Below are positions 28,528 to 37,141 of a stretch of 64,000 nucleotides of DNA, piece by piece. The position numbers and the translations under genes are program-made. A model generated the notes under the pieces. The model had not been told where the DNA came from. It made no database searches and worked only from the letters and a program-made list of their open reading frames with translations. Position 1 is the first letter of the stretch. Each line of letters opens with the position of its first letter. Location of the stretch: positions 16,971-80,970 of the forward strand of contig CAMUVS010000002.1 of NCBI GenBank assembly GCA_947164155.1, written 5' to 3'. The stretch comes from an uncultured Bacillales bacterium. Its GTDB lineage: Bacteria; Bacillota_I; Bacilli_A; RFN20; CAG-826.

Positions 28528-29433
28528 TTAATTTAACTCCTGTAACCTATATAAGAACGGTAACGCCATATACTTAGAGATACTATTATCTACATATGCA
28601 GAAAAATAACCTAAGGTTATATTAAACATTATATATCCTAGACTTTCAACATTATTTTCAATAACCGCTCCATCATCGATACTACCAGTACCCTCTTCAG
28701 GGTCAATGTTCGAGTGAATATCCCAGTATTTATTAGTCTTACTAGACGCATCTAATTTAACTTTTCCTTGATGGGTACAAACTAAATATTCTCCAGTTTG
28801 AGCTTCTAAAGTCATGCCTTTATCCTCTAAACCAAGAACAAATTCAATTGATCCTTCACCTAAAGATGTGATTGTTTTTTTATCACTACTAAAGGTAGAT
28901 TCCACTGGATTAAGTTTAGAGTGAAGAGTGTCTAAAGACGCGGTTACTCCATGCTCTGGAGAGGCCAAAACTAAAACATCACCATCACTTAATGAATCAT
29001 AATCATCTACTCTCACCCAAGCTTTTTCTTTGGTTGGTAAAGAGTCAACAATATTCACTGTGCAACGAGCTTTAATATCTGGATTAACAGTGTATGTACA
29101 AGTAATAACCGTGCTTCCTATATTGCTTCCTTTAGAGGATATGCCACCATATTTAGAAACATCTACTAAAGAACTATCAAAAGTAAATGTAAAAGGAAAT
29201 TCACTGACATCAATATCTTGGTTATCCTTATCTTTAATTCCAGGATTTAAATAATGCTTATTTTTATCGTTTTTTAGAATATTAATACGGTAAAAGTCAA
29301 AATACATATATCCTGCATATTCTTCAGGATCTTCACTAGGTGATTCACTAGGAGAAGTAGTATTTTCTCCACAGCTTACCATCATAAATGTCGATAAGGC
29401 TAATAACGATGTCAATCTAAGTATTTTATTCAT
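28528..29433 (-). CDS. Lipoprotein of unknown function; its C-terminal half is the module shared with both flanking genes
   Basis: The lipobox is FMMVSCG. It lies 3 nt after the nuclease stop and 14 nt before the giant protease start. Confidence 0.6.
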   Translation of the reverse strand: MNKILRLTSLLALSTFMMVSCGENTTSPSESPSEDPEEYAGYMYFDFYRINILKNDKNKHYLNPGIKDKDNQDIDVSEFPFTFTFDSSLVDVSKYGGISSKGSNIGSTVITCTYTVNPDIKARCTVNIVDSLPTKEKAWVRVDDYDSLSDGDVLVLASPEHGVTASLDTLHSKLNPVESTFSSDKKTITSLGEGSIEFVLGLEDKGMTLEAQTGEYLVCTHQGKVKLDASSKTNKYWDIHSNIDPEEGTGSIDDGAVIENNVESLGYIMFNITLGYFSAYVDNSISKYMALPFLYRLQELN

Positions 29434-29436
29434 CGA

Positions 29437-32400
29437 TTATTTTCTTTTTTTCTTAATGATTAATAAGGTAGTAAACGCTAAAACGGAAATTGTAGCAATA
29501 ACAACAACAATCATCATTGTTCCGTTTTCGCTCATATCGGTAAATGAATTAGTTATAGCATTATTCATAAATGTGAAATCATTAACAAACGGAGTGGAAT
29601 CTTCACATGCTTTAGCCCAAGCAAGATATCTAGCAAGTTCGGCTTCATAAGTGCTATCGTTTTGTAAAGTTTCAATAATACCAGATTGTTCACTTTCTAA
29701 GGCCAACAAAGCGGTCTTAGCATCTTTATATAAGTTAGCGGTTTTACATGCACCAGTTCCATCTCCGTCATATGCTGGATCACCAATAAATAAGAAGTTA
29801 ACACCCCAGGCAGCGAGTTTATCTTCGCTTGGAGTATGAATCACAATTTGATCAGCAGAGCTTAAAGAGATTTGATTACCATTATGATATGCTGCAACAC
29901 ATCTTAAGAATTCAACAGTATCATCCTCAGTAATAGTTTTTAACTTTTCAACAATTGCGGTTTTAGCAGTAGAGTTAACACTCTTATGAATAAAGATAGT
30001 AACTGTATCACTAGATTTATTTAAATCATATGCTGAGAATGATTGGTCAGCTGTACTAGTTCCAGAGAATCCATCAATCTTTGTAATGTTAGTGCCGTCT
30101 ACTTTAAGATTAAGTAAGGATGTTCTTGTACTTTGATTACCAGCCATAAAGTCACTAACAGAAGTATATTCATTAGCATCTGGTAAAGGATGTGTACCTA
30201 ATTTATTAACAGTAGATGCTGTTGCACCACAATCACATTCCACTAAACCATTATATTTATAGACTTTAACATGTAACATGACATAATCACCAACGGAAAC
30301 CCCAGAATACCAAACTGGATGTTTGGAATCTGAACCATAAACGCAGAAGCCGTATTCACCTTCTTGAATATAATATGTATATCCGTTAACTCCAACAACT
30401 ACGCCTTTAATGTCATACCAACTAGCGCTTGAATATGATGTAGGTAAGGTGATAGTTCCATCATAGAAGCTAGATAAAGGAGTTGTGACTGTAGTATTCA
30501 TAGTCACGTTAATTGAATATGTAGCAGAAACAGTAACTCCGTTTTCTGTATAATAAGCAGTAACTGTTTGATTACCAACTTCTTGCATATTATAGCCACT
30601 GAATGAGGCAGTAGTCACAACCGCACTACTTCCATCATTATAATGAGCGGTAACAGTTGGCTTAACAAATGCATCACCTTGAACATAAGAAGTTTTTTCG
30701 TTGCTAATTGAAATAGAAGTCACAGCTTTTTCCGTAACTGGAGTAGAGCCTGATTGAAGTTTATAAAGTTGAACAGCTTTTTGACCAGCATCCTTATAAT
30801 ATCTAAATCTTGCTTGATCAGAAGCGTTGTTATATCTAAGAGACGCTCCACCTGAACCGACAATAGAAGCATTGCTGCTAGAAATTGTAACAGTATTTTT
30901 AATAGGTGAAGAACTTGTTTCCATACCATTAGTATTTGATGATCTATTTATATAAAGACCACTAGCAGAACGAATAGAAAATCCTGAATCATAACTTGCT
31001 AAAGTAAACTTTGCAGCATTTGTTGTAGCGTTAGATTCAATAACTCCGTCTGAAATGGTAACAGAAATGGTATTTTTAGTGGCGTCTAAAGTTGATAATC
31101 CACCATTAAAAGCAACATTACCTGCTTCATAGACTATTAAATAATCTCCAGCAGTAACGTCACTAGTAGATGTGACTTTAACATATCCGCTTTCACTTGG
31201 AGCAGGTTTCTCACTAATCGAAACTGTATATGTTTCACTTAATCCACCAAAAGACACAGTAATAGTTTGACTACTAACTGCGGTGCTAGAATCAAAACCA
31301 GTAAATGTCGCTTGTTCAGTAACTACTGCAGTTGTGCCGTTATTATATGTAGCGGTAACGGTTGGTTTAACTAAAGAATCACCAACATAATATTCAGTGG
31401 TCAAACCACCTAAAGTAATAGAAGTTAATGTAACTGCTTGAACATTAATCGTGTAGGTAGCAGTCTTAGTAACTCCATTTTCAGTATAACTAACTGTGAT
31501 AGTTTTATTTCCAGCGGTAGACATATCTGGAGTAGATACAGATGTTGGAGTAACATTTTCACCTGCAACAGTGTCTTCATATCTTGCAGTACAAGTTCCA
31601 GTAAAAGTAAATTTGTCTCCAACGTAATAACTCGTTGTTTGTCCATTCAATTCAATAGAGCTTAACACTAGTTGTTTAGCGGCAACGTAAATTATATAAG
31701 ATGTTGTCTTAGTGACGCCTTCTGAACTATATGTCAAAGTGATTGTTTTATTACCACTAGTAGACATATCTGGAGTAGAAACACTGTCAGGAATAACAGT
31801 TTCAATATTGCCATCACTGTAAGTGGCTTTTAATATTCCATCAAAAGAGAATGTATCGCCTACTTCATAGGTTGTAGTCATACCGCTGACAGAAATAGAA
31901 GAAAGAACTACTTCTTCAGGATCAACACCGCCACTAGATGGGTCACCATAAGTAATTGTGTAACTATTAATATATAAGGAATTAGCAGAGCCAGTGATAG
32001 TTAAAGTAATGTTTTCACCAGTACCAGTAATATGAGTGTCATTAGTCAATGAGACATGAACATCTCGATAAGAAGTACCATAACTATCATTATCGTACCA
32101 AGAATTAAATCCACCAGAAGTACTGGCTAAATTAGTGGAACCAGCAACAGCGGTAAAGCTACCTCCGCCACTAGAACCATTAGATTTCATGTTTAATGTA
32201 ATGCCGGTAATAACTTTTCCGTCATATCCAGATAAAGTTAAAATCGCATTTTTACCAGAAGTAATTTGTCCTTTAGTGCTATAAGTTTGACTATAGCTAG
32301 CGCTACTACCAGAAGGAACAGTGCCACTAGAAGTTACAGCACTAGTAGAAGAAACTGTGTAAGTTGCGGTTTTGACATTTTCAACATCGCTAGCATCTCC

Positions 32401-33648
32401 GCCACCTTCTCCACTTCCTCCACCACTAGAATTAACAGTGATAAGAACTTGAGCGGTTGCGGTTTTAGCAGTGCCGTTATCATCGTAAGAATAGGTAAGC
32501 GTTAAAGTAGAAACACCCTCAGAAAGACCTTCAATAGTTACTCCGTTAGTGTAGCTACCTCTACTATAGTAAGTAGAACTTACAACAGAATAATCAGTTA
32601 ATGACCAACTAACTGAAGCGTTATATGCACCATCAACAAATGGTAAGAAATTAACTGTATCACCAACTTTTAATGTATAAGCAGTTGAATTAGTAGTTGC
32701 AATATTATATCCATCATCCACTCTAATTCCAGCAGTATGCGCTACTGTTGGATATGAGGCATTAGAGCACATACTTTTGATTGTACTATTAACATTGCCC
32801 CAAATTTTACAAGCGTATTCTGGGTGATCAATAAATGGGTTTCTATTGCCTTGAAGATATTCAGCGCCTTCGTTTCTATTCTTCTCTCTATCAGAAACAG
32901 GATAATTAATATTCCATTTAATAAGAGTTTCTAAATTACCCATAGTGTGACCGCTACCAAAACTTTGTCCGGTAACGGAGTCAGTGCCACTAGGAGTAGT
33001 GTTATTCGGAGCAAGAATTAATTTAGAGTTAACTAAAGTACAATAGAAAGTAATTCTAGCAGCTTCACCTCTAGATTCAGCACTATATCCAGCGGTATAT
33101 GGATCCCATCCATTTGAAGAATGGTTCATTCCTTCAACAAAGAAGGAGTTACCTCTAGAGCTATTTTCTGCAGGTACTGTAGGTCTAGGCATATGGATAT
33201 CGGCATCTGGATAAGGTGAACCAGCGTCTCCCTTACTACCACCACCATGGCTATTAGGCCAAACGTGTTCTCTATTCCAGCTTGTGGCAGATGTAAATGT
33301 ATAAAAACTTGAAATTTGAGTTCCGTATGGCTGACCATTACTATCATATTTCACATAATTAGGATCATAGTCGGTATATTTATATTGTCCAGAAGGACTA
33401 GTTCCCATAGAGGAATAGCCAACTGTAGATTGTCTTTTAGATAAATTTAAAGATCTTAAATCAGTTAATAAGGCATTCCCGGATTTTGAATCGTCGATGG
33501 AATTGTAGTAAGTCGCTCCATCTCCGTTAGTGTAAGTAGCAAACGCCACTTTAGCTTCATTATTAGTGTGACTAACACCAATAAAAGTTCCCACACTTAA
33601 AGCAAGTGCAAAAGATGATAAAATGAGTGCAATTTTGTTCTTTTTCAT
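29437..33648 (-). CDS. Membrane-anchored extracellular endonuclease I-family nuclease with Ig-like repeats, an OB-fold and a C-terminal TM anchor (1403 aa)
   Basis: It starts with a signal peptide. The Endonuclease_1 hallmarks are WNREHVWPNSHGG, ADIHMPRP, RGEAARITFY and LQGNRNPFIDHPEYA (about 32794..33531). Four Big_3-type repeats follow. An OB-like segment DIKGVVVGVNGYTYYIQEGEYGFCVYG...GDYVMLHVKVYKYNGLVE lies at about 30199..30426. The C-terminus is MMIVVVIATISVLAFTTLLIIKKKRK. Confidence 0.8.
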   Translation of the reverse strand: MKKNKIALILSSFALALSVGTFIGVSHTNNEAKVAFATYTNGDGATYYNSIDDSKSGNALLTDLRSLNLSKRQSTVGYSSMGTSPSGQYKYTDYDPNYVKYDSNGQPYGTQISSFYTFTSATSWNREHVWPNSHGGGSKGDAGSPYPDADIHMPRPTVPAENSSRGNSFFVEGMNHSSNGWDPYTAGYSAESRGEAARITFYCTLVNSKLILAPNNTTPSGTDSVTGQSFGSGHTMGNLETLIKWNINYPVSDREKNRNEGAEYLQGNRNPFIDHPEYACKIWGNVNSTIKSMCSNASYPTVAHTAGIRVDDGYNIATTNSTAYTLKVGDTVNFLPFVDGAYNASVSWSLTDYSVVSSTYYSRGSYTNGVTIEGLSEGVSTLTLTYSYDDNGTAKTATAQVLITVNSSGGGSGEGGGDASDVENVKTATYTVSSTSAVTSSGTVPSGSSASYSQTYSTKGQITSGKNAILTLSGYDGKVITGITLNMKSNGSSGGGSFTAVAGSTNLASTSGGFNSWYDNDSYGTSYRDVHVSLTNDTHITGTGENITLTITGSANSLYINSYTITYGDPSSGGVDPEEVVLSSISVSGMTTTYEVGDTFSFDGILKATYSDGNIETVIPDSVSTPDMSTSGNKTITLTYSSEGVTKTTSYIIYVAAKQLVLSSIELNGQTTSYYVGDKFTFTGTCTARYEDTVAGENVTPTSVSTPDMSTAGNKTITVSYTENGVTKTATYTINVQAVTLTSITLGGLTTEYYVGDSLVKPTVTATYNNGTTAVVTEQATFTGFDSSTAVSSQTITVSFGGLSETYTVSISEKPAPSESGYVKVTSTSDVTAGDYLIVYEAGNVAFNGGLSTLDATKNTISVTISDGVIESNATTNAAKFTLASYDSGFSIRSASGLYINRSSNTNGMETSSSPIKNTVTISSSNASIVGSGGASLRYNNASDQARFRYYKDAGQKAVQLYKLQSGSTPVTEKAVTSISISNEKTSYVQGDAFVKPTVTAHYNDGSSAVVTTASFSGYNMQEVGNQTVTAYYTENGVTVSATYSINVTMNTTVTTPLSSFYDGTITLPTSYSSASWYDIKGVVVGVNGYTYYIQEGEYGFCVYGSDSKHPVWYSGVSVGDYVMLHVKVYKYNGLVECDCGATASTVNKLGTHPLPDANEYTSVSDFMAGNQSTRTSLLNLKVDGTNITKIDGFSGTSTADQSFSAYDLNKSSDTVTIFIHKSVNSTAKTAIVEKLKTITEDDTVEFLRCVAAYHNGNQISLSSADQIVIHTPSEDKLAAWGVNFLFIGDPAYDGDGTGACKTANLYKDAKTALLALESEQSGIIETLQNDSTYEAELARYLAWAKACEDSTPFVNDFTFMNNAITNSFTDMSENGTMMIVVVIATISVLAFTTLLIIKKKRK

Positions 33649-33831
33649 AATGTTGTCCTATAGGCGCAAAAATAACAAAGGGCTATAAAACCTTCCAACA
33701 CAGAGTTATGTCCTATATTTCTTGTGCATATATATATTAATATATAATTCTATATTATGTAATAATTATTTAAATTAACATTTTAGTCAATTATAAAAAA
33801 ATGCAATATACGCTTTCTATGGGCGTTTTTG

Positions 33832-33862
33832 AAAATAAAAAGCCAAGTTTTTTTCTTGGCTT
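33832..33862 (-). terminator. Intrinsic terminator after oppF
   Basis: The minus strand reads AAGCCAAG-AAAAAAA-CTTGGCTT followed by TTTATTTT. Confidence 0.6.
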
Positions 33863-33869
33863 CATCAAA

Positions 33870-35387
33870 CTATTTAAGTTTTTCTTTATATTTTTCTAAC
33901 TCAACTGAGTTCGCTAAGACCCAGTGACCTGGAGTGATCTCAACAAGTTTAGGAGCTTCTTTAGAATAATCATGCTCATTAGCAGGAATATAAACATATC
34001 TAGTTCTCTTCTTTTCACTTAGTGGATCTGGTTTAGGAATAGCGGAAAGTAAAGCGTGAGTATATGGGTGAAGTGGGTGAGCGAATAATTCATCACTACT
34101 AGCAAGTTCCACGATTTCTCCATAATACATAACTGCAATTCGATCACAGAAATATTTAACAACCGATAAGTCGTGAGCAATAAACATAATGGTTAAACCC
34201 ATTTCTTCTTTTAAATCATTTAACAAGTTAATGATTTGGGCTCTAATAGAGACGTCAAGCGCACTAATAGGCTCATCACAAATTAAGAATCTAGGATTCA
34301 TTACTAAAGCACGAGCAATACCGATACGTTGTCTTTGTCCGCCCGAGAATTCATGAGGATATCTAGAAGCATATTCGGGAAGTAAGCCAACTTTAATAAG
34401 AACATCTCTAACTTTTTGAGAGTTCTTGAATTTATTATATTGACCTTGAATATGTAAGCCTTCTTGAATGATATCTTCAACAGTCATTCTTGGGTCTAAT
34501 GAGTCAACAGGATCTTGGAAGATCATTTGCATCTTCGACATTAATTTCTTATCGACGTGTTTGTTGTCATATTTAATTTGAGCAATTTGTTCAATTTGCT
34601 CTTTTTCGACTTCGTCAATAAGGTCTTTAACAGCTTGAATCTTTTCTCTATATTCCGCTTTTAAAGCATCCGCGGTTTGTTGAGTTTGTTCATCAATCTT
34701 TTTCTTTTTAGAAGCTCTAACAGTTGCTTTAAATTCTTTAAGTTTTTCACTTAATTCAAGCATCTTTTTTCTTCTAATTTCGATTTCCGAAGAATGTTCT
34801 TTATTAATTTCTTCGAATTTTAAAGCTTTAGCTTCTTCATCTTCGATATTAGAAGCTTGGTCCATTCTTTCTTTATATCTAGACTTGATTTCTTTAATTT
34901 CTGCTTCTAAGCTAGATAATTCATCATTAATCTTTTCAATTTCTGGAATTAAGCCAGTTGTGTCTAATACTTTCTCTAATTCAGAGGCTAATTCTTTCTT
35001 TAATTCTTTAATTTTTCTTCTGCCTCTAATTTTGGTCCATTTAATTTCTTTTTCATTCCATCTAGATCCAGCAGAAGTTCTTCTACCTTCAAAATAAACA
35101 GAACCAGAAGTAATGTTATATAGTCTAATTAAAGATCTACCAGTTGTGGTTTTACCACATCCAGATTCTCCAACAACTCCAAAACATTCACCCTTTTTAA
35201 TATCAAAAGAGACATCATGAACCGCTTTTGTTTTAAAAGCACTACGACCGTGGCCAAACTTAAAGAACTGCTTTAAATGACGAACAGAAAGTTCAATTCC
35301 TTGTTCATTAAGTTCAGGTCTAAACGTTGGTTTTCTTGGCTTATATTTCGCTTTAATGCGATAAATGGAGCTATTAATAAAATTCAT
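33870..35387 (-). CDS. oppF: Oligopeptide ABC transporter ATPase OppF with a ~175-aa K/E-rich insertion
   Basis: It has Walker A GESGCGKT, Q-loop MIFQDPVDSLDP, signature FSGGQRQR, Walker B LICDEPISALD, H-loop IAHDL and the oligopeptide C-terminal extension. The insertion lies between the Walker A region and the Q-loop. Confidence 0.9.
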   Translation of the reverse strand: MNFINSSIYRIKAKYKPRKPTFRPELNEQGIELSVRHLKQFFKFGHGRSAFKTKAVHDVSFDIKKGECFGVVGESGCGKTTTGRSLIRLYNITSGSVYFEGRRTSAGSRWNEKEIKWTKIRGRRKIKELKKELASELEKVLDTTGLIPEIEKINDELSSLEAEIKEIKSRYKERMDQASNIEDEEAKALKFEEINKEHSSEIEIRRKKMLELSEKLKEFKATVRASKKKKIDEQTQQTADALKAEYREKIQAVKDLIDEVEKEQIEQIAQIKYDNKHVDKKLMSKMQMIFQDPVDSLDPRMTVEDIIQEGLHIQGQYNKFKNSQKVRDVLIKVGLLPEYASRYPHEFSGGQRQRIGIARALVMNPRFLICDEPISALDVSIRAQIINLLNDLKEEMGLTIMFIAHDLSVVKYFCDRIAVMYYGEIVELASSDELFAHPLHPYTHALLSAIPKPDPLSEKKRTRYVYIPANEHDYSKEAPKLVEITPGHWVLANSVELEKYKEKLK

Positions 35388-35389
35388 AA

Positions 35390-37141
35390 TTATTTTTCTG
35401 AACTAACTCCTTTCTTCGCATTCTTTAAAGAATTCTCAATACGAGTTTTCACAATCTTAGGCATTTCCACTTTAGGGGCTCTTGGATCAAGTAACCAAGT
35501 AGCAGCGTAGTGAGTATCGCTAATTTTAAACATTGGTGGCTCTTTTTTAAAATCAATAGCCATCGCATATTTACTACGTAAAGCAAAAGCGTCACCTTTA
35601 GGTGGATAAATCATATTTGGAGGTGTACCTGGAATCGCTTCAAGTTTTTCTTTACTATCAATATCAGGAATAGAAGATAGTAACGCCCAGGTATATGGAT
35701 GACGTGGGTCATAGAAGATATCATCTTCAGTACCATATTCAACAATTTTACCAGCGTACATAACCGCCACACGGTCTGCCATATTAGCCACAACACCTAA
35801 ATCGTGAGTAATAAAGATAACAGAAATATTTCTTTCTTCTTTTAATCTATTGATTAACTCTAAGATTTGGGCTTGAATAGTAACGTCAAGAGCAGTAGTT
35901 GGTTCATCACAAATTAAGATATCTGGATTAGCGGTTAAGGCAATAGCGATAACAATACGTTGTCTCATACCTCCAGAGAATTCAAATGGATATTGTCTAA
36001 ATCTCTTTTCAGGATTAGAAATACCAACTTCTTTCATAATCTTTAAGGCTCTTGCTTTAGCTTGAGCTTTGGTGATTTTAATTGAAGAAATGTAGTCTTG
36101 TTTAGCTTTTTTACAAGTTTCTTTTATTTCAGTTTTATCAGTTAAATATGATTTCGCATAGTTAACTTTATATAAACATTTTTCTTTAACTTCTTTTTTA
36201 TATTCTTTAACTTCTTTTTTCGCAACTTTACTTCTAGCCTTGTATTTTGCTTTATTTTCTTTAATTAAAGGAACGAATTTCGCTTTTAAAGAAGATTTTG
36301 ATTCACTATATTCATCTTTAATTGAGGCATATTCTTTCTGAGTATTAGCCTTAATATCTTTAAGTTTTTGAGGAACTTCCGCTTTTAATTTTGCGTATTC
36401 TTCTTTAATTCTTTTAGATTCAGAATTATACCATTCGCTGACTTTAGCGATTTGCTCATCTCTTTCCGCTTTTAAAACTGCTCCTTGAGAAGCTAATTCT
36501 TCTTTTGAAAGAGATTTAATCTTAGCTTTATATTCCTCATTAATATGAGATTTTTTACCATTATATTCAATTTTTAAAGTATAGAATTGACCGCTTTTAA
36601 ATAAGCCAGGTTCATTTTTAATTTTTGTTTTTTCTTTTTTAGCTTCACCTTTGGTGAATTTTAATTTTTCTTTTCTAGCCGCTAATAAAGATTTATATTC
36701 GGTTTGAGCGTTTTTATAGGCTACTAATTCATCAGCGACTTTATCGTTAAACATTCTCTTAAGTTTAGAGTTATTAATTAACATCGCTTCTGTAATTTGT
36801 TTACCAATACGCACAATTGGGTTAAGCGAAGATAAAGGATCTTGGAAAATCATTCCAATTTTATGGCCTCTAATACGATGGAACTCGTCTTCACTAACTT
36901 TAGTTAAGTCTTCTCCTTCGTACATAATAGAGCCGCCCATAATACGACCATTCGCGCTTAAAATACCCATGATCGCTTTATTAGTGACAGATTTACCTGA
37001 GCCTGATTCACCAACGATACATAAGGTTTCACCTTTATATAAGTCAAAAGAGACACCTCTAACAGCTTGAACATACCCATAGTCTGTTGAGAAATTAATC
37101 TTAAGATCTTTAACGGAAAGCACTACTTGTTTTTCTTCCAT
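35390..37141 (-). CDS. oppD: Oligopeptide ABC transporter ATPase OppD with a ~230-aa K/E-rich insertion
   Basis: It has Walker A GESGSGKS, Q-loop MIFQDPLSSLNP, signature FSGGMRQR, Walker B LICDEPTTALD and H-loop ITHDLG. The insertion lies between the Q-loop and the signature motif. Confidence 0.9.
   Translation of the reverse strand: MEEKQVVLSVKDLKINFSTDYGYVQAVRGVSFDLYKGETLCIVGESGSGKSVTNKAIMGILSANGRIMGGSIMYEGEDLTKVSEDEFHRIRGHKIGMIFQDPLSSLNPIVRIGKQITEAMLINNSKLKRMFNDKVADELVAYKNAQTEYKSLLAARKEKLKFTKGEAKKEKTKIKNEPGLFKSGQFYTLKIEYNGKKSHINEEYKAKIKSLSKEELASQGAVLKAERDEQIAKVSEWYNSESKRIKEEYAKLKAEVPQKLKDIKANTQKEYASIKDEYSESKSSLKAKFVPLIKENKAKYKARSKVAKKEVKEYKKEVKEKCLYKVNYAKSYLTDKTEIKETCKKAKQDYISSIKITKAQAKARALKIMKEVGISNPEKRFRQYPFEFSGGMRQRIVIAIALTANPDILICDEPTTALDVTIQAQILELINRLKEERNISVIFITHDLGVVANMADRVAVMYAGKIVEYGTEDDIFYDPRHPYTWALLSSIPDIDSKEKLEAIPGTPPNMIYPPKGDAFALRSKYAMAIDFKKEPPMFKISDTHYAATWLLDPRAPKVEMPKIVKTRIENSLKNAKKGVSSEK

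Noticed and set aside
33720-33830. Promoter of the nuclease operon (TTGACT near 33790 on the minus strand, with several TATAAT-like boxes).
   Set aside because: No -35/-10 pair has both good hexamers and 16-18 nt spacing. Too many AT-rich near-matches make any single call unsupportable without a mapped 5' end.
34554-36769. The K/E-rich stretches in oppD and oppF considered as separate inserted genes, mobile-element remnants or frameshift artefacts.
   Set aside because: They are in frame with no stops. They are flanked on both sides by the expected ABC motifs in the correct order, and they have no internal RBS/start signature. They are genuine insertions within the NBDs.
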